From positions 800,001 to 864,000 of the forward strand of contig CBDDPY010000002.1 of the NCBI GenBank assembly GCA_965232515.1: 64,000 bases of DNA, given 5' to 3'. Positions within the stretch are counted from its first letter, which is position 1. Every line of letters begins with the position of its first letter. The DNA comes from Alphaproteobacteria bacterium. Lineage in GTDB: Bacteria > Pseudomonadota > Alphaproteobacteria > GCA-2731375. Below are positions 29,846-41,113 of this stretch, one piece after another. The translations under genes and the position numbers were made by a program. Below the pieces are notes generated by a model. The model had not been told where the DNA came from and did not search any database. It saw only the letters and a list, made by a program, of their open reading frames with translations.

Positions 29846-29910
29846 ATAGATAGGCGCTCCGAACGCCCGCGTCTGTTTCAAGCCGGTGGCAAGAAATCAA
29901 CCGGCACAGG

Positions 29911-30020
29911 CCAAAAAGAGGCCGGGCTTTTTATCGAAGCCCGGCCACGTCAGGGAGCGAATTGCGCTCAAAATGGGGATGAGCCGGGAAGTATCGAAAC
30001 GCTGACATGCCCGGCTCGAG
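29911..30020 (-). ncRNA. Candidate suhB/alpha-r8-like small RNA, copy 2
   Basis: 5' hairpin GAGCCGGG/CCCGGCTC, CUCCCUG, terminator GGCCGGGCUU...AAGCCCGGCC-UCUUUUU. Confidence 0.45.
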
Positions 30021-30144
30021 ACTTAGTTTGACGTCAAATTGTTGCAGGCGAATGGCATACCCGTGTCAGGCCGGCGATCAATTCGTTGTGCGCCCGCTCT
30101 GTCCGGCATTGATGCGCTGGCGCGCCGGGCGCAAGCTGCCGTTT

Positions 30145-30951
30145 ATGTTAAGGGCCGTTAACGTCATGCTTGCTTTGGCCCTGTGGACGGCCGGGCCGGT
30201 GCTCGCCAGCGATCTCGAACTGCGCGACATTCCGGGCGGCAAATTCGTCATGGGCGATGCGGCCGGCGATACGAACGAGGCGCCGCGTCAACGATCGGTC
30301 GGCGGCTTCCGCCTGATGCGGTACGAAGTGACGAACCGTCAGTTCGCGGCCTTCGTGGCCGCGACCGGCCACCGCACCAATGCCGAGACCAGCGGGGCCG
30401 GGTACGTCTGGACGGATCGTTGGCGGCTGGTGAACGGCGCCCACTGGCACCGGCCGCAGGGACCGGGCAGCGATATTGCCGGCCGCGACGATCATCCCGT
30501 GGTGCAGGTCTCGGCCCGCGATGCCGAGGCGTTCTGCGAATACCATGGTCTGCGCCTGCCGGCCGAGGCGGAATGGGAATTCGCTGCCCGCGGCACCGAC
30601 GGCCGGCGCTATCCCTGGGGCAATGCGCCGCCAGAAGGCACGAATGGGGAACGGCGAGCGAATTTCGGCACGATGGACTGCTGCGCCGCCGACGACAGTG
30701 ACGGCCATGCGTTCACGGCGCCGGTCGGCAGCTATCCCACCGGCCGTTCACCCTTCGGTCTCGACGACATGGCCGGCAATGTCTGGGAATGGACGGCGAG
30801 CCCGTTCCCCGGCCGGCCCTCGCAGCGGGCCATCCGCGGCGGCGGCTGGGGCAACAATCCCTACTGCCTGCGGGTCAGCTACCGGCACGGCAACCGGCCG
30901 ATCATCAGCCTCGACATGGTCGGTTTCCGCTGTGCGGGCGATATGGACTAG
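30145..30951 (+). CDS. SUMF1/FGE-sulfatase domain protein, secreted
   Basis: RLPAEAEWEFAARG, DMAGNVWEW, GFRC. Confidence 0.85.
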   Translation: MLRAVNVMLALALWTAGPVLASDLELRDIPGGKFVMGDAAGDTNEAPRQRSVGGFRLMRYEVTNRQFAAFVAATGHRTNAETSGAGYVWTDRWRLVNGAHWHRPQGPGSDIAGRDDHPVVQVSARDAEAFCEYHGLRLPAEAEWEFAARGTDGRRYPWGNAPPEGTNGERRANFGTMDCCAADDSDGHAFTAPVGSYPTGRSPFGLDDMAGNVWEWTASPFPGRPSQRAIRGGGWGNNPYCLRVSYRHGNRPIISLDMVGFRCAGDMD

Positions 30952-30972
30952 GATCGTCGGCCCGCGGCCGCT

Positions 30973-31617
30973 CTAAACCTCGACAAAATCCGAGCAATAG
31001 GGATTCGTCTGCCGCTCGTAGCCGAACGTCGAGAGCTGACCGTGGCCGGGGATGAATGTGACGTCATCGCCGAGCGGCCAGAGCTGGCCGCGGATGGAGC
31101 GGATCAGCGTCGCGTGATCGCCCCGTGGCAGATCGCTGCGGCCGACCGAACCGCGGAACAGCACATCCCCGACGACCGCGACCTTGGACGGGCGGTGAAA
31201 GAACACGACGTGGCCCGGCGTGTGGCCCGGGCAATGCCGGACCTCCAATGTGACGTCACCGAAGCCGACCGTATCGCCACCGTCGAGCCAGCGGTCGGGC
31301 GTGAACGGCCGGGCGCCGGCGACGCCGAAGCGAGCGCCGTGCGTGGCGAGCTCGGCAATCAGGAAGGCATCGTCGCGATGCGGCCCCTCGATCGGCAGGT
31401 CGAAGCGCGCGGCCAGATCGGCGGTGCCGCCGGCATGGTCGATATGACCGTGCGTGAGCAGGATCTTCTCCAGCGTCACGCCGTTCTCCTCGACGGCGGC
31501 GAGAACATGTTCGAGGTCGCCGCCGGGATCGACGACCGCGCCGCGCATGGTGGTCGGGCACCACAACACGCTGCAGTTCTGCCGGAACCGGGTGACGGGA
31601 ATGATGGCTGCCTGCAT
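30973..31617 (-). CDS. MBL-fold metallo-hydrolase (YcbL/GloC-like)
   Basis: THGHIDH, PGHTPGH, GDVLF, PGHG. Confidence 0.9.
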   Translation of the reverse strand: MQAAIIPVTRFRQNCSVLWCPTTMRGAVVDPGGDLEHVLAAVEENGVTLEKILLTHGHIDHAGGTADLAARFDLPIEGPHRDDAFLIAELATHGARFGVAGARPFTPDRWLDGGDTVGFGDVTLEVRHCPGHTPGHVVFFHRPSKVAVVGDVLFRGSVGRSDLPRGDHATLIRSIRGQLWPLGDDVTFIPGHGQLSTFGYERQTNPYCSDFVEV

Positions 31618-31969
31618 GACGGATTACGTGCCCCAAAAAACCGTGGGACAACGCGCTCAGGCATCATTCCACCCCATAGGCCTTACCGGTATTAAGCGTG
31701 TCCCGGGGCATTTGGCAACATGTCAAAACGCGGTTGCCGCCGATCGCCTGCCGCTTGCAGTTCGCATCGCAAACTTACAGACAATAATAATAAAAATTAC
31801 TGATCTGGATTAAGGCTAGAGATGAATCGCAGAATAGTGACGATTATTCGACCCATGTACGCGTTATGTTAAATGCTTTTTTACGCAGTTGCTATATTAC
31901 ACTTCCAAATTTCGAGATTCAGGCAATTATCCGACCGTCAAATACATTGCCTTGGCGGACATAAGCGAA

Positions 31970-32551
31970 ATGACGGAAGCCGCATTAGACCCACTGGACG
32001 CCACGGACGATCAACCACGCCGTCTCGAGGAATTGCGGGTGCTTGTGGTCGATCAAGAGCCTCACATGCGCAAGCTGATCCGCACGTTCCTGCGGTCGCT
32101 GGGCATCGAGAAGATGCTCGAGGCCACCAGTGCGGAAGAGGCATTGACCACGCTGCGGGCGAGGGACATCGATCTTCTGCTGACCGAATGCATGATGAAG
32201 CCGGACGATGGTTTCAGCCTGGTCCGTCAGATCCGTGGCGGCGTTGAAGGGGTCAACGACGAACTGCCCGTCATCATGATGTCGGGCCAGACCAGCAAGA
32301 AACAGATCATCGACGCGCGCAATATCGGGGCCAACGAATTCGTCGCGAAGCCATTGTCCGCCAAGGTCTTACGCCAACGTTTGGAGGCAATTGTCGAGCG
32401 GCCGCGGCCGTTCGTCCGCACCCGAAAATATACCGGCCCGTGCCGCCGCCGGCGCGCGGCGGATAACTATGCGGGCCCGGAACGCCGCGGCAACGACGAA
32501 GCAACCGAGATGTCGCAGGACGACATCAACGATCTGCTGGATTCGCTTTAG
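31970..32551 (+). CDS. CheY-like receiver with Arg-rich C-terminal tail (Cle-type)
   Basis: Receiver fold ending in FVAKP, then YTGPCRRRR...YAGPERR. Confidence 0.8.
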   Translation: MTEAALDPLDATDDQPRRLEELRVLVVDQEPHMRKLIRTFLRSLGIEKMLEATSAEEALTTLRARDIDLLLTECMMKPDDGFSLVRQIRGGVEGVNDELPVIMMSGQTSKKQIIDARNIGANEFVAKPLSAKVLRQRLEAIVERPRPFVRTRKYTGPCRRRRAADNYAGPERRGNDEATEMSQDDINDLLDSL

Positions 32552-32600
32552 GCCGGGTACTCAAAAACGGCGATAGCCATTTTGTCCCTTTGACGAAAAG

Positions 32601-32999
32601 TCACGAGGTGACGGGATGGCCATCGAACTGTTTTGCATCGTCACAGATTTCGTACCACGAGGGCTTTTCGGCGACAAACTCGTGGAACCGGTTTCTCAGG
32701 CTCAGGTCACTGTCCAGGGCATTCGCCGCAATCGGAAAGCTATCTGCTTCCGAAAGGACTTCGCCGAGCGATGTGCCACAGATTCTGCAGAAGCAACGAC
32801 CGTATTTGTAAGGGGAGACCGGCTCGAAGAGTTGGACGTGATCCCGCCCCCGAATCCACTTCAGGTCCTCCTTCTTGACGAAAACGATGGTGCTCGCGCC
32901 AAGCTTGCGGCACCTGGTGCAATGACACGTCCCCATCATTGATGGTTCGGCCAAGAGCTCGAACTTGACCGCTCCACAACAACAGCTTCCACTAATCAT
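32601..32999 (-). CDS. GFA family (Zn-Cys) protein
   Basis: GSCCCG, CHCTRCRK, FCRICGT. Confidence 0.88.
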   Translation of the reverse strand: MISGSCCCGAVKFELLAEPSMMGTCHCTRCRKLGASTIVFVKKEDLKWIRGRDHVQLFEPVSPYKYGRCFCRICGTSLGEVLSEADSFPIAANALDSDLSLRNRFHEFVAEKPSWYEICDDAKQFDGHPVTS

Positions 33000-33038
33000 C
33001 AAGAAAATCCCCGAGTTCAAAAAGCGCATCTCGCAACA

Positions 33039-33053
33039 GAACAATATAAGAAC
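33039..33053 (-). promoter_or_regulatory. LexA box upstream of the GFA gene
   Basis: GAAC-AATATAA-GAAC on the + strand (GTTC-N7-GTTC on -), about 40 nt before the start. Confidence 0.65.
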
Positions 33054-33208
33054 ATTTGAGGTCGATCAATATCAGGATTGGACTCTCTGGAGACGATCGG
33101 CTTACGGAACGCGGTATGAGAAGCAGACGGCCATTCACCTGCGGCGCCGCGTTTAGGCGGACACGGCTGAGTGGGTTTGCCCAAGTCCTGGCACGGGCTC
33201 AGTTCCGG

Positions 33209-33736
33209 TCAGGAACCGCTCCGGGCCACATGCGCACGGAACACGTGCGCCAGGTTTTCGCTGGTGTTGGCGCCGACGAGCACCTCGCGCCTTTTGCCCT
33301 CGCCATCGAACAAAAGCAACGTGATGTGACCGACGCCGTGCGCGCCCGCCAGCTGGCGGCCTTTGGCGCTGCGGATGTTGGCGACGAGATACTGCAGCTC
33401 GCCGTCGTCGAACTCGGCCATGGCGTCCCGCGTCTCGCGTTGCAGCGCCGCGCAACGCGGGCACTGGGGATCGTGGATCTGAACCACGGCGGGTATGCCG
33501 TTGCCGATCCGGGAGAGGTCCTCTTCCCGAATGGTCGCCCGCACTTCCTCGATCAGATACCAGCCGGCGCCACCGACCACGGCGACGATCAGCGCGCGGT
33601 TGCCCATTTTTCTCAGGAAATCCCGACGGGTCGCCGTGTTTTGAGCGCCGTCGGCGGTTTGCGCCAATTCTGCGGCAGGCTGATGCGGGGCTTTTGGCCC
33701 GTTGTTCCGTTTAACCTTGTGTTTTTGTTTCTTCAT
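33209..33736 (-). CDS. Membrane-anchored thioredoxin-like protein with Tat-like motif
   Basis: TRRDFL + hydrophobic helix, then CPRC. Confidence 0.7.
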   Translation of the reverse strand: MKKQKHKVKRNNGPKAPHQPAAELAQTADGAQNTATRRDFLRKMGNRALIVAVVGGAGWYLIEEVRATIREEDLSRIGNGIPAVVQIHDPQCPRCAALQRETRDAMAEFDDGELQYLVANIRSAKGRQLAGAHGVGHITLLLFDGEGKRREVLVGANTSENLAHVFRAHVARSGS

Positions 33737-33891
33737 CGCGCTTCGCTGCCCCAGGTTCGGTCCCTCATACGGCACATCTGGCCGTGTTCCGGCCTTGGTC
33801 CGGCCGTCATTCACCCACTGACTCCTAAGGGATAACGAGGGGTCCGACCGGATGGTTCCGTTCGGGCGAATTCAGGATCACTGTTCAAAGC

Positions 33892-33920
33892 AAAGGGCGG
33901 ACCAGAACGGTCCGCCCAAA
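33892..33920 (-). terminator. Probable katG terminator hairpin
   Basis: GGGCGGACC-N5-GGTCCGCCC followed by TTT on the - strand. Confidence 0.5.
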
Positions 33921-33995
33921 GCACTTACGGCAAAAACGATGCCGTTGATGTGGAGAAGGCCCCCGACGTGTTGTTCGAGGGCCTTCCCGCTGAGT

Positions 33996-36194
<2,199 letters not shown>

Positions 36195-36199
36195 TCATT

Positions 36200-36243
36200 T
36201 TTGGAATGGTTCTAATGAAATAGTATTTTAGAATCATTCTAAC
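36200..36243. promoter_or_regulatory. Two tandem Irr-type iron control elements (ICE) upstream of katG
   Basis: TTTGGAA-TGG-TTCTAAT and TTTAGAA-TCA-TTCTAAC versus TTTAGAA-N3-TTCTAAA. Confidence 0.72.
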
Positions 36244-36382
36244 AAGAGGCTTGACGCAAAGTTTATCGATCGGATGGATGGATTGCCGTTGAGCCATGGA
36301 GGACAGCGTAGGTGCCGGCCTGTCGGATCGACGGCCTGACGGGGCTGTTGATTACATTGCGCGGTAAGGAAGCGCGCCGCAT

Positions 36383-36622
36383 TCAACTTAAGAAGCGCTT
36401 GAAGGCAAATGCTTTGCCTGACCCAGACTTGAAATACCGTTCCAAGTCTCTTGCTGTCTTCTCGCTCTGGACGGCCACGTATGACTGCAAGGTCATGGGT
36501 CGGTGAGCTTTGGTCGATGCGACGGCACCATGCTGATGCGAGGCAATTCGTCGTCGTAGGTCGTTGCTTGACCCGACGTAGATGTCACCGTTTCTTAGCT
36601 TAAGAAAGTAGACATACCACAC
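36383..36622 (-). CDS. Stand-alone GIY-YIG nuclease
   Basis: YVYFL, YVGSS, RR..SH, LERYFKSGSG; lower GC. Confidence 0.88.
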   Translation of the reverse strand: MWYVYFLKLRNGDIYVGSSNDLRRRIASHQHGAVASTKAHRPMTLQSYVAVQSEKTARDLERYFKSGSGKAFAFKRFLS

Positions 36623-36737
36623 TTAATGCCGGTCTCCCTCCGCTCCATGCGGAGCTACGGGAGACACTCCTACGACTAAACGCCTTCGGGCGCCAGACCA
36701 CCAGGGTGGCCTGCCGCCCGAAGCCGAAGGCGTAGGG

Positions 36738-36828
36738 TGGCGGAGGGAGTGGGATTCGAACCCACGAGACGCTTTTGACGCCTACTCCCTTAGCAGGGGA
36801 GCGCCTTCGACCACTCGGCCATCCCTCC
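36738..36828 (-). tRNA. tRNA-Ser(GCT)
   Basis: GGAGGGA/TCCCTCC acceptor stem, CTCCC-CT-GCT-AA-GGGAG anticodon arm, long variable arm, GTTCGAATC, encoded CCA. Confidence 0.97.
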
Positions 36829-36935
36829 GGTCACGGTTAATGCCGGACCAACGGCGTTTTAGCCGTCAGCCCCGATTTGCGCAAGTTGCCTTATGCTTGG
36901 GCCAGTCAACGGGCAGTTAAAGGCGGAGAAACGAC

Positions 36936-37907
36936 ATGAAGGCAGCCGTGTTGGGCGATGACGACCTGGAGATCCGGGATGTGCCGAAGCCGGCGCCCGG
37001 ACCGGATGAGATCCTGGTGCGGGTGCGCGCCGGCGCGCTCAACCGCGCCGATCTGATCATCGCCAGCGGCCGGGCCCACGGCGCGCTGGGCGGCGCCGGC
37101 ACGGTCATGGGCCTCGAATGGGCCGGTGACGTCGAGGCGGTCGGCAGCGAGGTCGAGGGCCTGAAACCGGGCGACCGGGTGATGTGTTCCGGCACCGCCG
37201 GCTGGGCCGAATACGCCGTCTGCGACCATGGCCGCGCCATGAGAATTCCGGACGACGGCATGTCCTACGAACAGGCGGCGACGCTGCCGGTGGCCTTGAG
37301 CACCATGCATGACGCCATCGTCACCAATGGAGGGTTGAAGGCTGAGCAGGCCGTGCTGATCCAGGGCGCCAGTTCGGGCGTCGGCTTGATGGGACTGCAG
37401 ATCGCCCGCCATCTGGGCGCGGCTCTGGTCATCGGCAGCTCGACGCATACCGGTCGACGGGGCCGCTTGTCCGAGTTCGGCGCCGATCTGGCCGTCGATT
37501 CCAGCGATCCCGGCTGGGTCGGCCAGGTGCTGGAGGCGACCGGCGGCGACGGCGTCGACCTGATCGTCGATCAGATCTCAGGCGTGGTCGCCAATCAGAA
37601 CCTGCGCGCCACCCGGATTTGTGGACGCATCGTCAATGTCGGCCGCCTCGGCGGTTTCACCGGCAACTTCGACTTCGACCTGCATGCGGCCCGCCGGATC
37701 GCCTATATCGGCGTCACCTTCCGCACCCGCTCGATCGACGAAGTACGCGAGATCTTCCGCCGTATGGCGGCCGATCTGGGCGAGGCCGTTCGCGACGGCG
37801 GGCTGGAGTTGCCGATCGACCGGTCGTTTCCGCTTGACGATGCCGGCAGGGCACTCGCCCATATGAAGGCGAACGCCCACTTCGGCAAGATCGTGCTGAC
37901 GGTTTAG
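36936..37907 (+). CDS. NADPH:quinone oxidoreductase (MDR family)
   Basis: LNRADL, GASSGVG, HFGKIVL. Confidence 0.88.
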   Translation: MKAAVLGDDDLEIRDVPKPAPGPDEILVRVRAGALNRADLIIASGRAHGALGGAGTVMGLEWAGDVEAVGSEVEGLKPGDRVMCSGTAGWAEYAVCDHGRAMRIPDDGMSYEQAATLPVALSTMHDAIVTNGGLKAEQAVLIQGASSGVGLMGLQIARHLGAALVIGSSTHTGRRGRLSEFGADLAVDSSDPGWVGQVLEATGGDGVDLIVDQISGVVANQNLRATRICGRIVNVGRLGGFTGNFDFDLHAARRIAYIGVTFRTRSIDEVREIFRRMAADLGEAVRDGGLELPIDRSFPLDDAGRALAHMKANAHFGKIVLTV

Positions 37908-39112
37908 GGCGCTTCCGGCAACGCGTCGCAGACCGACTCCAGGATCTCGAGCATCCGGTCGACCTCGTCGGTCGTGACCGTCAGCGCCGGCATGAATCTG
38001 AGACTATCCGGACGGGGCGCGTTCAACAGCAGGCCGGCGTCGAGCGCGGCCTCCACGATCGCCGGCCCGACGGGCTGTTTCAGGTCGAGCGCCAGCAGCA
38101 GGCCTTTGCCGCGCACCGCGCCGAAGCCGTGGCGGGCGGCAAGCGCGGTCAGACCCTTCTGCAAATGCTTGCCGGTTTCGGCGACCCGGTTGAGAAAGCC
38201 GGGCTTGATCAACTCGTTCAGGACGGCGAGGCCGCCCGCCGTCATCAACGGATTGCCATTGAAGGTGCCGCCCTGGTCGCCGTAGGCGAAACAGGAGGCG
38301 TCATCGCTGGCCAACAACGCGGCCAGCGGCAGGCCGCCGCCCATGCCCTTGCCCAACGTCAGGATGTCGGGGGTGATGCCGACATGCTCGTAGGCAAAGA
38401 GCGTGCCGGTGCGGCCCATGCCGGTCTGGATCTCGTCCAGGATCAGCAGGATGCCGCGATTTTTCGTGAGTTGCCGCAAGTCCTTGAGATAGCCGTCATC
38501 GGCCGGGATGACGCCGGCCTCGCCCTGGATCGGCTCCAGCATCACGGCGACGGTCTTGTCGGTGATGGCGGCCTCGACGGCGGCGATGTCGTTGAGCGGC
38601 ACCTTGGGAAAGCCCGGCACCTTGGGCGCGAAGAGTTCGTCCCAGCCGGCCTTGCCCGAGGCCGACATGGTGGCAAGCGTGCGGCCGTGGAAGCCGCCCT
38701 CTGTGGTGATGATTTCGTAGGCGCCGTCGCGATGGAGGCTGCCCCATTTCCGGGCGAGCTTGATCGCGCCTTCATTGGCCTCGGCGCCGCTGTTGGCGAA
38801 GAACACCTGGTCGAGGCCGCTGGCCGCGGTCAGCGCTTCGGCCAGCTTGAGCATGGCGTCGTTGTAGAAGGCCGGACTGCAGTTGATCAGCTTCGCGGCC
38901 TGGTCGCCGAGCGCCTCGAGAAGCGGCTTCGGGCTGTGGCCGAGGCAGTTGACGGCCCAGCCCTGCACGAAATCGAGATAAGTCTTGCCGTTCCGGTCGG
39001 TCAGCCAGGAGCCTTCGCCATGGGTGAAGACGATGGCCGGTCGATTGGCGATCTGCATCAGAGGCGAGAAGTCGGTTGCCGTCGGTTTTGGCGGCTGATG
39101 CGGAATGTTCAC
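37904..39112 (-). CDS. argD: Acetylornithine aminotransferase
   Basis: [34 protein letters not shown]; GTG start after GGAGG. Confidence 0.9.
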   Translation of the reverse strand: MNIPHQPPKPTATDFSPLMQIANRPAIVFTHGEGSWLTDRNGKTYLDFVQGWAVNCLGHSPKPLLEALGDQAAKLINCSPAFYNDAMLKLAEALTAASGLDQVFFANSGAEANEGAIKLARKWGSLHRDGAYEIITTEGGFHGRTLATMSASGKAGWDELFAPKVPGFPKVPLNDIAAVEAAITDKTVAVMLEPIQGEAGVIPADDGYLKDLRQLTKNRGILLILDEIQTGMGRTGTLFAYEHVGITPDILTLGKGMGGGLPLAALLASDDASCFAYGDQGGTFNGNPLMTAGGLAVLNELIKPGFLNRVAETGKHLQKGLTALAARHGFGAVRGKGLLLALDLKQPVGPAIVEAALDAGLLLNAPRPDSLRFMPALTVTTDEVDRMLEILESVCDALPEAP

Positions 39113-39232
39113 GTTGCTGTCCTCCGGTTTGGGCCACCGGGGACAGGCACGAACATCAACCGCTCGACCGATCACTCGGTGGCGGTGCGAAATCTGAATG
39201 TGAAAAAGAAAAAGAGGTTGGCCGCCCGCCCG

Positions 39233-39283
39233 TCAGTAGGCGCGACGTCGCTCGCGGTTTGTCTGTGCAGCGGTTCCAACCAT
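39233..39283 (-). CDS. Putative Arg-rich leader peptide MVGTAAQTNRERRRAY
   Basis: ATG lies 7 nt after a TTGCAA-N16-TATGGT promoter; 4 Arg codons near the stop; pyrimidine tract follows; upstream of argD. Confidence 0.65.
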   Translation of the reverse strand: MVGTAAQTNRERRRAY

Positions 39284-39333
39284 GGCCGGGACCATAGCGG
39301 CATCGCTTTGGATTGCAAGTACCATTCGCGGCG

Positions 39334-40689
39334 TCAACTGGCGCGCCGACCCACGAACCAAAGCCCGGCGCCGCAAAGGCCGGCAATGAGGCCGGCCCAG
39401 ACGAAGACGGTCTGGTGGCCGGCGAGAAAGGCTGAAAGTGGATCGACGCCCGTCGCCAGCGCCTGGCGTTCAATCAGTTCGAACAGCAGCGTGCTGGCCG
39501 TTGCGCCCGAGACGAAACCCAACGTGCGCGTGACCATGGCGAGACTGCCGGCGACGCCGCGCTGCGCGCGCGGCACGGTCTCGACGACGATGTCGAGCGT
39601 CGCGACCTGAAACAACCCCTGACCGAAGCCATGCAGGAACAGTATCGCGATCAGTGCGATTAGACCTGTACCGGCCGACCAACCGGACATCATCAGTAGC
39701 GCCATGGCCATCAGCGCCGCGCCGGCGGCCGCAATGCGGCCCGACGGCATGCGGCGCATGGCCCGGCCGCCGAGGTCGCTGCCGACGGCCATGCCAAGCG
39801 GCGACAGTGCCAGCAGCAGCCCGCCGGTGCCGGCGCTGAAGTCGTGCACCTGCAAGAGGAAGTAGGGTGTCAGCATCCAGACGGCGAAGCCGGCCATCTG
39901 CACCAGAATGCTGCTGATGTTGACGAAGACGAACCCGCCATGCCGGAACAGAGTCATGTCGATGACCGGCGCTGCGATCCGTCTCTCATGCCAGACGAAA
40001 GCAATCAGGCCGATGACGGCGATGCCGAGGAAGAGGGTGGCATCGCTCGCGCGGTTCGGCGCCAGCAGTAGCGCGGCAAGCGATGCGGCAATCAGCGCCG
40101 TGCCGGTCAGGTCGAATCGTTGGCCGTCAGACGGCGCAGGGGTCCCGGCAAGTCCACGCAACAACAAAAGACCGGCAAGAACGATCGGCAGGCGGAACCA
40201 AAACACCGTGGGCCAACCGCCGTAGTCGACCAGCACGCCGCCGATCAACGGCCCGGCGGCGGCGGCGAGACCGAACATCATGGTGTAGGCAGCCAGCATG
40301 CGGCCGCGCTGGGCTTCCGGAAAGCCGAGCGTGATGAGGGCCGGCCCGCAGGCAAGCGTGAGCGCGGCGCCGATCCCCTGGACGACCCGGAAAGCCAGGA
40401 ACCAGCCAAAGCTGGGCGCTGCCGCGCAGAGCGCCAGACCGACGGCGTTGCAGATCAGTCCGGCGGCGAATACGCGGCGGTGACCGAAGATGTCGCCCAG
40501 CCGACCGAAGCCCAGCATCAGGCTGGCATAGGTCAGCACATAGCAGACGACGACCCATTGGATGTCGGGCAGCGACAGCGCGAAGGCGGCGGTGATATCG
40601 GGAAACGCGATATTGACCGCCGTGTCGAACGGCGCCGACGCCGTGCCCAGGCCGACGACAAGCGCCGTCCGGACCTGCGCCCGCGTCAT
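39334..40689 (-). CDS. MFS transporter (DHA2-like)
   Basis: GRLGDIFGHRR, many TM segments. Confidence 0.88.
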   Translation of the reverse strand: MTRAQVRTALVVGLGTASAPFDTAVNIAFPDITAAFALSLPDIQWVVVCYVLTYASLMLGFGRLGDIFGHRRVFAAGLICNAVGLALCAAAPSFGWFLAFRVVQGIGAALTLACGPALITLGFPEAQRGRMLAAYTMMFGLAAAAGPLIGGVLVDYGGWPTVFWFRLPIVLAGLLLLRGLAGTPAPSDGQRFDLTGTALIAASLAALLLAPNRASDATLFLGIAVIGLIAFVWHERRIAAPVIDMTLFRHGGFVFVNISSILVQMAGFAVWMLTPYFLLQVHDFSAGTGGLLLALSPLGMAVGSDLGGRAMRRMPSGRIAAAGAALMAMALLMMSGWSAGTGLIALIAILFLHGFGQGLFQVATLDIVVETVPRAQRGVAGSLAMVTRTLGFVSGATASTLLFELIERQALATGVDPLSAFLAGHQTVFVWAGLIAGLCGAGLWFVGRRAS

Positions 40690-40707
40690 GACCGGGCGCC
40701 GGTCGGG

Positions 40708-41070
40708 TCAGCCGGCGCGATGCGTGACCTTGCGCAAGACGTGGCGGCGGTTCTTGGTGTAGGGCCGGACCTCGGCGGGCCAGCGGCCGGCCTCGACGGC
40801 CTCGGCCCAGGCGTCGCTCAGCAGCACGTCGGGGCTCTCGATCTCGTAGAGCGCCGTGTAGCTCGGCTCGCCCTCGGCGACGATGTCCTTGCGCTCGCCG
40901 CCGATGATCATGCTCAAGGGTTCGGACTTGAGCCGCGTCGCCGCGACCACGCCCGGTACCTTGAGCACGCTCGGGATGTGCTCTTCGTCATAGACCTCGT
41001 TGAACAGGTCTTCCTTGTCGGCGTCGACGTCCATGCTGACGAACAGCAGGTAGTTCGATTGGACCGGCAC
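40708..41070 (-). CDS. Hypothetical EthD-like/dimeric alpha-beta barrel protein
   Basis: FNEVYDEEHIP, YTALYEI; GAGGAG RBS. Confidence 0.7.
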   Translation of the reverse strand: MPVQSNYLLFVSMDVDADKEDLFNEVYDEEHIPSVLKVPGVVAATRLKSEPLSMIIGGERKDIVAEGEPSYTALYEIESPDVLLSDAWAEAVEAGRWPAEVRPYTKNRRHVLRKVTHRAG

Positions 41071-41113
41071 GCTTGTTCTCCTCGTTTTCGATGTCAGTTG
41101 GCGGTAGAGCCGA

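Noticed and set aside
29813-30031. 72-aa + strand ORF after AGGGAGG
   Set aside because: The SD-like motif is too far from the ATG and is better explained as the complement of the sRNA CUCCCU core; the ORF crosses terminator hairpins.
30148-30162. TTAA-N6-TTAAC as a CtrA box
   Set aside because: Spacer is one base short and the site overlaps a coding start.
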